From the NCBI GenBank assembly GCA_945861565.1, contig CAMAUY010000016.1, positions 2,556-66,555 of the forward strand: 64,000 bases of DNA. Reading direction: 5' to 3'. The stretch comes from Akkermansia muciniphila. GTDB taxonomy: Bacteria; Verrucomicrobiota; Verrucomicrobiia; Limisphaerales; UBA9464. Below, in pieces: positions 19,711 to 29,245 of this stretch. Both the position numbers and the translations under genes were made by a program. The first letter of the stretch is position 1, and each line of letters opens with the position of its first letter. Below the pieces are notes generated by a model, which ran no database searches, was not told where the DNA came from, and was given only the letters and a program-made list of their open reading frames with translations.

Positions 19711-19859
19711 CGAGTCGAAACGCAAAGTGCCGGGGGGGGGGGGAAGAACCGCGGATTCACACGGATGGACGCGGATAAGAGGAAGCCGTTGCCCCTCACT
19801 TTGATCACTTTCTGAGTGAGCGCCTGGAATCAGCGTTTATCGGCGTTCATCCGCGGTTC
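19711..19859. repeat. Family A palindromic element (inverted copy of 8799-8942)
   Basis: CGAGTCGAAACGCAAAGTGCC-G12-AAGAACCGCGGAT TCACACGGAT GGACGCGGAT...ATCAGCGTTT ATCGGCGTTC ATCCGCGGTTC. The core 19746-19859 is 114 nt, the same length as 8799-8912. Confidence 0.9.
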
Positions 19860-19905
19860 CAAACTTGACTTGTCAGACATCCGAAAAACTCTACGCTCAC
19901 CCTCC

Positions 19906-20061
19906 ATGAATTTGATTAAGCCGATGCTGGTTTACCTGGTTTTCGGAGTGCTCCTTGGGATCGGCACGGCAAAAGCCATGACCGGTGCCCCGTTGATTCT
20001 TCTGGTGGGCTTTGCCATTTACGCGGGTCTGTTCATCAAGTACGGATGCCTTGGACACTGA
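19906..20061 (+). CDS. Small two-TM membrane protein
   Basis: MNLIKPMLVYLVFGVLLGIGTAKAMTGAPLILLVGFAIYAGLFIKYGCLGH, 51 aa, strongly hydrophobic. Confidence 0.65.
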   Translation: MNLIKPMLVYLVFGVLLGIGTAKAMTGAPLILLVGFAIYAGLFIKYGCLGH

Positions 20062-20139
20062 GAGATTCCCCAACAAATCTCGATAGCCCCGGGGCGGGCA
20101 GATCGACCCAGCCTCCGCAAGGCTGTTTGAGTTCCCGTT

Positions 20140-21060
20140 TCAAAAACGGAGCCGGATGCCGCCGGTCACGAACTGGCCATCCCCGAGATCCGTTTCCAGT
20201 CGCGACGTATCCCCATTTTTAATCTCCAATTCCTGCCGGAACAGATAGCCTCCGGCGAGGAAGACCCAGAGTCCTGCGGGTCCGACTTTAGCAAACTGGT
20301 ACTCCGCCCCAAGCCCTCCCCGCCAGCTCTTGTAGTTCAATCTTCGATTGTCGCCAGTCGCCGGATCAGCAACGCTCCATCCAGCGCCTCCCGGGCCCGC
20401 GAAGGCGCTGAAAAGCCAGGTGGGAGTGGGAGCGTATGAAACGGTCGCACGCGGGAATGTCAGGCCCACATTCCAATGCGGATCGGGCTTCCAGATCACG
20501 CCTAGCGCCGGAAGAAGTTGATCCTCGCCAAGATCCCGCGAGTAGTAAACGCCAAAGGCGGTGCTGAACTGGGGCGTGAACTGATAACTTCCCAAGGCCA
20601 GCACCGTCACGGCAAACGCATCGCCATCGACATGCTCGAAATCCGTGAACAAGCCCGGCTCCACACGGCCCCATGCCTTCCAGCGATCATTAAAGGAGTG
20701 CCAGAAATCAATCGGCAGTTGCAGACGATAAAGGTCGAGCGAATCGCCGAGGGTCGGACTGCGCTCGAAATCCAGCTGGTTCCAGCGCAATTGGACGCCT
20801 GCCGTTAGTCGTGAACGCTCGTTGCTGTAAACAGGTACGAGCGATTTGAATCCGGCTTCCTGCACCTGCACAGTCGCCCCCGCGACCGATTCGAGATCCG
20901 TCCGCGTGCTCCACAGATAGTAGGCCTCACCCGCGGCAAAGTTCGGGATGAACCGCTCCACGGTCGGCTCCTCCGCCGCAGTCACCGCCCAAGGAAGCCC
21001 CAGAACGGTATGCAATAGCATCACCCAGACCCACTTCGAGGTCGTCGAATTGAAAATCAT
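20140..21060 (-). CDS. Outer-membrane beta-barrel protein (DUF6268-like)
   Basis: Signal peptide, alternating aromatic beta strands, LLPALGVIW, and a C-terminal GIRLRF BAM signal. Confidence 0.75.
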   Translation of the reverse strand: MIFNSTTSKWVWVMLLHTVLGLPWAVTAAEEPTVERFIPNFAAGEAYYLWSTRTDLESVAGATVQVQEAGFKSLVPVYSNERSRLTAGVQLRWNQLDFERSPTLGDSLDLYRLQLPIDFWHSFNDRWKAWGRVEPGLFTDFEHVDGDAFAVTVLALGSYQFTPQFSTAFGVYYSRDLGEDQLLPALGVIWKPDPHWNVGLTFPRATVSYAPTPTWLFSAFAGPGGAGWSVADPATGDNRRLNYKSWRGGLGAEYQFAKVGPAGLWVFLAGGYLFRQELEIKNGDTSRLETDLGDGQFVTGGIRLRF

Positions 21061-21202
21061 GTCAGGCGGGAGGGTCGCTGACGCTGCGATTCGGGCAAGG
21101 CGTGATTCAGCCTGCAGCCACGGCGGAAAAAAAAGAGCCCTCAGGATGATTTCGTGTTGCGTCGCGTCGCCTTCGGCGGCATCCACCCCGCTTTACGATT
21201 TC

Positions 21203-23497
21203 ATGAACGAATCCTACGTCGCGAAGATTGCCTCGGAGTTGAAGATCCATGCCCGGCAGGTTGCCGCCACCGCCAAGCTGTTTGCGGACGGTGCTACCGT
21301 CCCGTTCATCGCTCGTTACCGGAAGGAAGTGACCGGCACGCTGGATGAGGTAACGATCACCTCGATTCGTGATCGGATACTGCAACTCACCGAACTGGAT
21401 GAGCGCAAAGCGTCGATCGTAAAATCGCTGGAGGAACGAAGTCTGCTTACCGACGGGCTGAAGGACGCCATTGCCGGGGCCGGGACGATGACCGCTCTGG
21501 AGGATCTGTACGCGCCATATCGCCCGAAACGCCGCACCCGAGCCACCCTCGCGAGGGAAGCCGGTCTGGAGCCGCTGGCGACCCTTATTTTCCAGCAGCA
21601 GGAAACCGTGGATCCTCTCAAGGAATCCGCCGCATACATCAATGCCGAGAAGCTCGTGATCGATGCCAACGCGGCGCTGTCGGGTGCCCGGGACATCATT
21701 GCGGAATGGATCAACGACGATCCAGTCGCCCGCGCAAAGCTCCGCCAACTCTTTTGGGATACCGCCACCGTCCGATCGAAACTGCTGACCGGTAAGGAAA
21801 TCGAGGGTGCGAAGTTTAAGGACTACTTTGACTGGACTGAGCCGGTTAAAACCATCCCCAGTCACCGCTTGTTGGCCATCCGTCGCGGCGAAACCGAGGG
21901 CTTCCTGATGGTCCGTATCACGCCGCCCGAAGCGGATGCGGTCCTGGCGCTGGAGGGGCTCTTCGTCAAAGCGCCTGGCAAGCCCGGCGGCGAACAAATC
22001 CGACTTGCTGCACAGGACTGTTACAAGCGTTTGCTCGGCTTCGGCATCGAGGTCGAAATCCGGATCGAGTCCAAGAAAAAGGCGGACGCCGAAGCCATCC
22101 GAGTCTTCGCGGAAAATCTGCGGGAGCTGCTGCTGGCGCCGGCTCTTGGCCAGAAAAACGTCCTGGCAATCGACCCCGGATTCCGCACCGGCTGCAAGGT
22201 TGTATGCCTCGACCGCCAGGGAAAATTACAACACCACGACGTGATTTATCCGACCGCCGCCGGTGCGTCGCAGGTGCGTGAGGCGGCAGAGGTTATTCTG
22301 GCGCTGATAAAAAAGTATCACATCGAGGCCATCGCCATCGGCAATGGCACGGCCGGGCGCGAGACGGAGACCTTCATCAAGCGGCTCAAGCTTCCGTCCG
22401 CTGTCACGGTCGTCATGGTCAACGAGAGCGGTGCCTCGATCTATTCGGCCAGCGAGGTGGCCCGCGAGGAATTTCCCACGGAGGATCTAACCGTTCGGGG
22501 CTCGATCAGCATCGGACGGCGTCTGATGGATCCCCTCGCCGAATTGGTGAAGCTCGATCCCAAGAGCATCGGCGTCGGGCAATATCAGCACGACGTAGAG
22601 CCGCACGCACTCAAGCGCAGCCTGGATGACGTGGTCGTCTCCTGCGTCAACGGCGTGGGTGTGGAGCTCAATACGGCCAGCAAACAGCTGCTGAGCTATG
22701 TCTCCGGCCTGGGTCCCTCCCTGGCCGCGAATATCGTTGCTCACCGCAACGAGAACGGCCCATTCCAGTCGCGCAGCCAGCTGCTAAAGGTGACACGCCT
22801 CGGGCCAAAAGCGTTCGAACAGGCCGCCGGTTTTCTGCGAATCCGCGACGGCGAACATCCGCTCGATGCGAGTGCCGTCCATCCGGAACGTTACCCCCTG
22901 ATCGATACGATGGCCCGCGACATCGGTTGCACGGTCAGGGACTTGCTCAAAGATTCGGCGGCCCGGCAGAAGCTGAAGTTGGAGAAATACGTTCGTGACG
23001 GCGTCGGTTTGCCTACGCTTCAGGACATCGTGCAGGAATTGGCCAAGCCCGGGCGCGATCCGAGGGAGACGTTCGAAGTCTTTAACTTCCAGGCCGGGGT
23101 GGAAAAGATGGAGGACCTCAAGCCCGGCATGAAGCTCCCAGGCATCGTCACGAACGTGACCGCCTTCGGGGCCTTCGTGGACATCGGCGTGCATCAAGAC
23201 GGTCTCGTCCACGTCAGCCAACTCGCCGACCGATTCGTGAAGGACGTGGCAGAGGTGGTTAAGGTTTCGCAAAAGGTGATGGTTACCGTTACCGAAGTCG
23301 ACCTGCCGCGAAAGCGCATCGCGCTCTCGATGAAGGCGAATCCGGAGATCGGTGTGGCCAAGGACCCGCGGAGTTCCCCGGGAACACCCCGGCCGGCGGG
23401 TGGCAAACCGCCGTTCGCACCGAAACCGAGGTTGAGTGACAGTGGCGGTCTGGGATCCCTGGCAGATGCCTTCGACCGATCCATGAAGAAGCTGTGA
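21203..23497 (+). CDS. tex: Tex family transcription accessory protein (YqgF + HhH + S1)
   Basis: GATVPFIARYRKE, LAIDPGFRTGCK, IGVGQYQHD, and S1 motif FGAFVDIGVHQDGLVH. Confidence 0.95.
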   Translation: MNESYVAKIASELKIHARQVAATAKLFADGATVPFIARYRKEVTGTLDEVTITSIRDRILQLTELDERKASIVKSLEERSLLTDGLKDAIAGAGTMTALEDLYAPYRPKRRTRATLAREAGLEPLATLIFQQQETVDPLKESAAYINAEKLVIDANAALSGARDIIAEWINDDPVARAKLRQLFWDTATVRSKLLTGKEIEGAKFKDYFDWTEPVKTIPSHRLLAIRRGETEGFLMVRITPPEADAVLALEGLFVKAPGKPGGEQIRLAAQDCYKRLLGFGIEVEIRIESKKKADAEAIRVFAENLRELLLAPALGQKNVLAIDPGFRTGCKVVCLDRQGKLQHHDVIYPTAAGASQVREAAEVILALIKKYHIEAIAIGNGTAGRETETFIKRLKLPSAVTVVMVNESGASIYSASEVAREEFPTEDLTVRGSISIGRRLMDPLAELVKLDPKSIGVGQYQHDVEPHALKRSLDDVVVSCVNGVGVELNTASKQLLSYVSGLGPSLAANIVAHRNENGPFQSRSQLLKVTRLGPKAFEQAAGFLRIRDGEHPLDASAVHPERYPLIDTMARDIGCTVRDLLKDSAARQKLKLEKYVRDGVGLPTLQDIVQELAKPGRDPRETFEVFNFQAGVEKMEDLKPGMKLPGIVTNVTAFGAFVDIGVHQDGLVHVSQLADRFVKDVAEVVKVSQKVMVTVTEVDLPRKRIALSMKANPEIGVAKDPRSSPGTPRPAGGKPPFAPKPRLSDSGGLGSLADAFDRSMKKL

Positions 23498-23722
23498 ACG
23501 GCGTGATCCCTCACCGACAGTCCGGCCTGGAGAGCGAAAACCTCCAAAAATGGACTCCCTTGTGATCAAGAACCGCTGCTAGCGGCACGCTGCCGCACGC
23601 CAGGGCGGCCGGCCGGTCGCCCTCACGGGTTCCGGGGAGAAGCCAAAGATGTCCCGACAGGCTTTGTGACATTTCCATGGCTATTCGATCGAAGATGCAT
23701 GGCGGTACGCAGCATCAAAAAG

Positions 23723-23739
23723 TTGGCCGGATATTTGCT
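23723..23739 (+). promoter_or_regulatory. Putative sigma54 (-24/-12) promoter of the sigma70-family gene
   Basis: TTGGCCGGATATTTGCT has GG-N10-GC with TTGCT, ending 26 nt before ATG 23766. Confidence 0.6.
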
Positions 23740-23765
23740 CTAATTCTCTCGGAAAGAGAAAAGCC

Positions 23766-24812
23766 ATGCATCAAACAAAGGCCATTGCTGTTAAGGAAAC
23801 CGTGTCTCCTCGGGTGAATCGCCCCAATCTGCCGGGCCGCAAACGGATCCCGGGGGCGCGCCTGCCGCCTGTTACTCGACCGACTATCCAAGTCCCGCGG
23901 GCCGAGTTGCCGCCTAGCGAGGCGGTCGCGGAGCGATCCGGGCGTGATGGCGACCATAGTCTGCGAGTCTATCTCCGAGAAGCGGGTGAGACTCCCCTGC
24001 TAACACCCCAGGAGGAGATCGCCCTCGCAAAACGCATCCGCGTTGGTGATGCCGCCGCGCGCGAACTCATGATCAAAGCAAATCTTCGGCTGGTCGTAAA
24101 AATTGCCCGGGACTACGACAATCTGGGGATGCCTCTGCTCGATCTCATCAACGAAGGCAACATGGGCTTGATGAAAGCGGTCGAGCGATTTGATCCCAAC
24201 CGCGGAGCCAAGCTATCGACCTATGCGGCCTGGTGGATAAAACAGTCCGTAAAGCGCGCTCTCGCAAACCAGGGGAAAACGATTCGCATCCCCGTTCACT
24301 TGGTCGATCTCCTCGCCCGAATGCGGCGGGCCGCGGCGGTGCTGCACGAGGAACTGGGAAGGGATCCGACGGATCTTGAACTCGCCCAAACGCTCGGAAT
24401 GAAACGGGCGCGGGTCACTGAACTGTGGGAGGCCAGCCGGCGGCCGACCTCCCTGGATGCGTCAATCGGAGAAGGCGAGGACGACACCCGAATGGGTGAA
24501 CTCGTGCCGGATGAACAGATGACCACCGCCTACGAGCAGTTGGACGAAGGCGCAACCCACTCGATGGTCCGCGAATTCGTCGAGCGACTCGACAAACGCG
24601 AGAGTGTCATCCTCCGGTACCGCTTTGGGCTCGATGGTGGAACCGAACGAACGCTCGAAGAAGTCGGATCCTATTTTGGCGTCACTCGCGAGCGAATCCG
24701 GCAAATACAGAACGCGGCGCTCAGCAAGCTCCGCAAACTGATTGAAAAACGGGAACAAGTGACCGCGCCGGATTTCAACCTGCCCTGGATGCGCTCAGGC
24801 CTGGGCACCTGA
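23766..24812 (+). CDS. RNA polymerase sigma70-family factor (RpoD/RpoS-like, group 2, no region 1.1)
   Basis: Region 1.2 YLREAGETPLLT, NLRLVVKIA, DLINEGNMGL, STYAAWWIKQ, and region 4 TLEEVG..FGVTRERIRQI. Confidence 0.93.
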   Translation: MHQTKAIAVKETVSPRVNRPNLPGRKRIPGARLPPVTRPTIQVPRAELPPSEAVAERSGRDGDHSLRVYLREAGETPLLTPQEEIALAKRIRVGDAAARELMIKANLRLVVKIARDYDNLGMPLLDLINEGNMGLMKAVERFDPNRGAKLSTYAAWWIKQSVKRALANQGKTIRIPVHLVDLLARMRRAAAVLHEELGRDPTDLELAQTLGMKRARVTELWEASRRPTSLDASIGEGEDDTRMGELVPDEQMTTAYEQLDEGATHSMVREFVERLDKRESVILRYRFGLDGGTERTLEEVGSYFGVTRERIRQIQNAALSKLRKLIEKREQVTAPDFNLPWMRSGLGT

Positions 24813-24853
24813 GGGCCCATCCCGCTTCCAGATCTGAGATTCCAATCGTCTGG

Positions 24854-25951
24854 TTAGTTGGGGGTCAGCCAGAATCGTGCGTCCTGACGAATGTGCGCGG
24901 TCGTTGGTCTTGCGCGGAGTCGAGTTCTGACGGGTACCGTTGCCTCGTAGCCAGCCGATGTTGCCGACATCGTGCATCCCGGACACCATCGGTCGGTAAT
25001 TCCAATTTCGGTCCGTTCTCGGGCAAACCGGTTGTTCGCCTCCCGAAACGCGCGTTGACGATAGTAGATTTCCTGCAACCGATCGCGCGCTACTTCCACC
25101 GGCCCCGGGCTCACCCGGCGGTCGCCACGGCTGGCCGAGCTAAATTGCACCAATCCCCATTTCTCGGGCCGATGCATGTCAACGATCCCGGTGGGTGACC
25201 ATACCCAGTTCTCTTCCGGACGGTTCGGAATCTTCTGGTACCGCCCGTCCACGATCTCCGTCTTCCATTGAACGCGGGAAAAATCAACCCGCCAACGATC
25301 TCCATCTCGCGGTGGAGACGGCACCGTGGAGAATTCTCCGAGCGCCTTCCAAGGCATCGCGATTTCCACCGTCCAGTGCCGGTCCACATCCCTCGAATCG
25401 TTCAACGTCCCGTCCACCTGCACCCCCGACTTCAGACCGGCAATATCCCATTCATTCAGAGCGGGAGCGCCGTCTTTATAGGGTCTTACCAGACGCAAAT
25501 CCCAGACGGTGTTCAGCGCGTTCATCTCGAACTCGTAGTACTCGTGAGCGTCACCATCCGGATCGATAAACACCTCGAAATCGTTGTCCTGAAAAATCAC
25601 GGCATCCCGCTGGGTGATGCTCCCCCAGACATGCGGCTCCGTCAGCTGGGCGGCGATGTAAAAAAACTGATCATCCCACAGCATCTTCGCGCGGGTGGCA
25701 TGCCACGGTCGGGGCATCGTCGCGCCCCGAATATCCACAAATTCCGCAGTCCACGCCGCGTTCTGCCACGCCGCCTCGTTCAACCGGCCATCCATCTGCA
25801 AAGTTCCGGAGGCCCGTAGACACAGATACCCGCGAGGAATCATCGGCTTCATGCGCGACCAATCCTCCAGCGAACCTGCGGAAAGGTGAACCGCCAAAAC
25901 GAAAGCGAAAGCGAAAGCGAAAGCGAAAACGAAAGCACGGCGAGCAATCAC
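24854..25951 (-). CDS. Secreted carbohydrate-binding family 9-like protein
   Basis: DGRLNEAAW, TRAKMLWDD, DNDFEVFIDP, YYEFEMNALNTVWDL and WVWSP..DMHRPE.WG motifs. Confidence 0.85.
   Translation of the reverse strand: MIARRAFVFAFAFAFAFVLAVHLSAGSLEDWSRMKPMIPRGYLCLRASGTLQMDGRLNEAAWQNAAWTAEFVDIRGATMPRPWHATRAKMLWDDQFFYIAAQLTEPHVWGSITQRDAVIFQDNDFEVFIDPDGDAHEYYEFEMNALNTVWDLRLVRPYKDGAPALNEWDIAGLKSGVQVDGTLNDSRDVDRHWTVEIAMPWKALGEFSTVPSPPRDGDRWRVDFSRVQWKTEIVDGRYQKIPNRPEENWVWSPTGIVDMHRPEKWGLVQFSSASRGDRRVSPGPVEVARDRLQEIYYRQRAFREANNRFARERTEIGITDRWCPGCTMSATSAGYEATVPVRTRLRARPTTAHIRQDARFWLTPN
25895..25936. repeat. In-frame hexanucleotide tandem repeat, 7 units of consensus GAAAGC, in a signal peptide
   Basis: CAAAAC (GAAAGC)4 GAAAAC GAAAGC; encodes AFVFAFAFAFAFVL on the minus strand. 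Confidence 0.85.
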
Positions 25952-26066
25952 CTCACGATCCTATTCAAGCGGATGCCACCGGTCGAGTCCGGGTGGCGAC
26001 AATTCTTCTGAACGGGTGGACGACAAAAATCTTCACGAGTTCCAGCATCATCCCCGTTACTCCTGC

Positions 26067-26480
26067 AAACGGGCAATGGAGGGCACGGAGTTCCGGAGAG
26101 ATTCGAGTAGAAACGCAAATTGCCGGGGGGGGAGGGAGAACCGCGGATTCACACGGATAGACGCGAATAGGGGAAAGAACCCACCGAACTTAAAGTGCGC
26201 GCTGTGATGCCATGAACCGAAGGCCCCCCCTCACCCGGCCTACGGCCACCCTCTCCCCCGCTCCGAGCGGGGGAGAGGGCAGGGAGAGGGGGCGGTTCAT
26301 GGGCAGGCGTTGCCTCTCACCGTCTGAACCGAACCTGGCATCGGCCGATGGAACCGCGGACGCGAATCCGGCCACCCGAGGATTCAGTGGGACGGCGACT
26401 CCCGCATGACGGTCCGGGATCACCGCCGGCTCCACTCCCTCCCTATCGGCGTGGATCCGTGTCCCTCTGCGGTTCAACTC
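26067..26480. mobile_element. Family A palindromic element carrying a nested CATGAACC cassette
   Basis: Left arm at 26138 (GAACCGCGGAT TCACACGGAT AGACGCGAAT), right arm at 26445-26475. 26171-26307 is an inverted near-copy of 43219-43334. The sequence resumes with CGTTGCCTCTCAC, as in the empty copies. Confidence 0.75.
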
Positions 26481-26499
26481 TTCCAGTCCGAGGGGCGAA

Positions 26500-28209
26500 T
26501 CAAATCGGCGTCGCGATCAGATCGTAGTCGGTGTGCCCGACAATTCGCACCCTTGCGAACCCACCAACCACCGCACGCCCACGAATGTAAACGCGACCGT
26601 CAATATCCGGCGCATCCGCCTCACCCCGTGCCACCAAGTACCGACCGCGGGTGGCCAACTCCCCGCCGCGGGTTTCCCGCCCGCGGATGAATCCATGTTC
26701 CCAGGAACTCACCGACGCGCCAGCCAGTTCCCCGGCCGATGCTTCCTTTTCCACCAGGACGCGGAGTTGCCGGCCGACCGCAGCTTCCGAAACGGATCGG
26801 GCGACCTTCTGCTGGATTGCCATCGCCCGTTCGCGACGGTCACGCCGCTTCGCCGGAGTCACCTGCCCCGCCATCTTGCCCGCAATCGTCCCATCCTCCT
26901 GCGAATATCCGAAAACCCCCAACCGCTCGAAACGGGTTTCCGCGATGAAATCGAGCAACGTCTGGAAATGGGCTTCGGTTTCACCCGGAAAGCCAACAAT
27001 AAAGGTCGTCCGCAGGGCGATGCCGGGTATCCCTGCCCGGATCCGGCGAATCAGATCGCGAATATAACGGCCGTCCGTCTCCCGTCGCATCCGGACCAAC
27101 ATGTCATCCTGAACATGCTGCAATGGCATGTCCACATAGCGCACCACTTTTGAGCACTCCGCCATCGTGGTAATCAATTCGTCCGTCCAGTGGGCTGGAT
27201 GGGTGTACAGTAGCCGGATCCAGAAATCCCCTTCGAGGGCATTTAACTCTCGAAGCAACCGGCTGAGCGTCGTTCCCTCCACCCCAAGCGCCCGGGTCGC
27301 TGCGTTGAATTTTTCCGGAGATGCAATCGCCCGGCTGTGATTCGGACGCAAGTCCAGCCCGTAGTAGGTGGAGTCCTGCGAAATCAGGTTCAACTCCTTC
27401 ACGCCGTCGGCGATCAATTGTTTGGCCTCGGCCACAATGTCCTTCGGAAGGCGGCTACGATGCGAACCACGCATCCGGGGTATAATACAAAAACTGCACG
27501 GATGATTGCACCCTTCCGCAATCTTTACGTAGGCAAAATGCTTCGGAGTGAGGCGGAATCGCGGCGACTCGAAATTCGGAACATAGTTCGGCCGCACCGT
27601 GACCGATAGGACGGGTGTCTCCGCGGCCCGCGGTATCACAGGGCGCCGGGTCTTACCAAAGTGCCCCCCTTCCCGCAGACTCTCCTCGGCACCGTGCCCG
27701 TGCCCGTGTTCCTCTGCTTTCCCCCCTGCCACGCTCAATTCGGCCAGCTTTGATTTGACTCTCCCGGCCCGTTTCGTCGGCTTTCCGATCGCATCCGCGG
27801 GAGCGGACAGCCGGGCCGCCCGTTTCGCAATCGCCTCTTCGACGATTAATCCCACCTGCTCGACCTGGTCGATGCCCATGAATGCATCGACCTCCGGCAT
27901 CAATCTGGGCAGATCCGCACGGAAACGCTGCGGCAGACACCCGGACACAATGAGTGCCTGGCCCCGGTTGCCGGCCTCCCGCACTGCACTGGATTCCAGG
28001 ATGGTATCCACGCTCTCCTCCTGGGCTGCATCGATAAAGGAGCACGTATTCACGATCATCGCGTCGGCCTGACGCGCGTCATTGACGATCTCCACCCCCC
28101 CTTTTAGCAATGAACCAAGCATAATCTCCGCATCAACGAGATTCTTGGCGCAGCCAAGGGAGATAAGCCCGACGCGCCGGGGCCTTGCCGTTGTCTTCAA
28201 ATCACTCAC
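26500..28209 (-). CDS. rimO: Ribosomal protein S12 methylthiotransferase
   Basis: SLGCAKNLVD, VNTCSFI and SGCL; radical SAM motif IAEGCNHPCSFCIIP; TRAM motif DAPDIDG. Confidence 0.93.
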   Translation of the reverse strand: MSDLKTTARPRRVGLISLGCAKNLVDAEIMLGSLLKGGVEIVNDARQADAMIVNTCSFIDAAQEESVDTILESSAVREAGNRGQALIVSGCLPQRFRADLPRLMPEVDAFMGIDQVEQVGLIVEEAIAKRAARLSAPADAIGKPTKRAGRVKSKLAELSVAGGKAEEHGHGHGAEESLREGGHFGKTRRPVIPRAAETPVLSVTVRPNYVPNFESPRFRLTPKHFAYVKIAEGCNHPCSFCIIPRMRGSHRSRLPKDIVAEAKQLIADGVKELNLISQDSTYYGLDLRPNHSRAIASPEKFNAATRALGVEGTTLSRLLRELNALEGDFWIRLLYTHPAHWTDELITTMAECSKVVRYVDMPLQHVQDDMLVRMRRETDGRYIRDLIRRIRAGIPGIALRTTFIVGFPGETEAHFQTLLDFIAETRFERLGVFGYSQEDGTIAGKMAGQVTPAKRRDRRERAMAIQQKVARSVSEAAVGRQLRVLVEKEASAGELAGASVSSWEHGFIRGRETRGGELATRGRYLVARGEADAPDIDGRVYIRGRAVVGGFARVRIVGHTDYDLIATPI

Positions 28210-28415
28210 ACGGGGCGGAGAGTACTGGGCTCAGCCGGGTCCCGTCGAGCCTCCAAGCCGGGAAGGAAAGCAAAGCAGCCTCCGGAACCAACCCAAAGCA
28301 CTCCGTATCAATAATTGAAGGCATCGGCTTTCTCGTGTACCCAACGCAAGATGAAACTCGACACTTTGGTTCTGGATGACGCCGCGAAGAACTATCCGGC
28401 CTCGGGGAGGATCCT

Positions 28416-29162
28416 ATGAAATACTCCTATGCAGAACTCGCCAAGATGATCGACCACTCGCTCCTGCATCCGACGATGACGGATTCGGAGTTGGAGAACG
28501 GATGCAAGATCGCCGTCCAATACGGCGTTGCCTCGGTCTGCATCAAACCCTACGCCGTGAAACGCGCCGCCGAACTCCTCCAGGGCAGTGGCGTGTTCGT
28601 CGGTGCGGTTATTGGATTTCCGCACGGCAACTCGACCACCGAATCCAAGCGGTACGAAACCGAACTCGCCTGCCAGGATGGCGCCGGCGAAATCGACATG
28701 GTCATCAACCTCGGCAAGGCGTTGAGTGGCGACTGGAATTACGTCGAGCGCGACGTGAAGGGCGTCTGCGACGAAGCGCATAAACACGGCGCGAAAGTAA
28801 AAGTCATCTTTGAGAACGATTACCTGACGGAGGGCGGGGCCGGTCTCAGTAGTGATGCTTTCAAACAGAAACTCTGCCGGCTCTGCGAACGCGCTGGGGC
28901 GGATTGGGTCAAGACGTCGAGCGGTTACGGATTCGTGAAACAAAAGGACGGCAGCTACAATTACCGGGGTGCGACCGAGCACGACCTTGCGCTAATGCGC
29001 GCCAGCGTCTCCCCGAAAGTACAAGTGAAAGCGGCCGGTGGCGTGCGCGATCTCGACGGATTGATTAAAGTTCGCGATCTCGGCGCTTCTCGCTGCGGCG
29101 CTTCGGCCACCGTTGTCATGCTTGACGAATATCGGCGCCGGGAAGCGGCTGAGAAGGTATGA
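28416..29162 (+). CDS. deoC: Deoxyribose-phosphate aldolase
   Basis: IDHSLL, VIGFPHG, EIDMVIN, VKTSSG, VKAAGGVR and GAS motifs; GGAGG RBS upstream. Confidence 0.93.
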   Translation: MKYSYAELAKMIDHSLLHPTMTDSELENGCKIAVQYGVASVCIKPYAVKRAAELLQGSGVFVGAVIGFPHGNSTTESKRYETELACQDGAGEIDMVINLGKALSGDWNYVERDVKGVCDEAHKHGAKVKVIFENDYLTEGGAGLSSDAFKQKLCRLCERAGADWVKTSSGYGFVKQKDGSYNYRGATEHDLALMRASVSPKVQVKAAGGVRDLDGLIKVRDLGASRCGASATVVMLDEYRRREAAEKV

Positions 29163-29245
29163 ACGTGCAATTCCTCAGGCCCAAAGGGCCATCATTCCTG
29201 AGCTCAGGCCATCGGCCTGGGTATCGGTGCGGCCACGTCGTATGG

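Noticed and set aside
19732-19743. G12 tract as a phase-variation switch
   Set aside because: It lies within the flank of a family A repeat, not in a CDS or an evident promoter; homopolymer length may also be a sequencing artefact.
22784-23569. Long antisense or overlapping ORFs (e.g. opposite tex, rapA, radC, ABC ATPases)
   Set aside because: Shadow ORFs expected in GC-rich DNA opposite well-supported genes.
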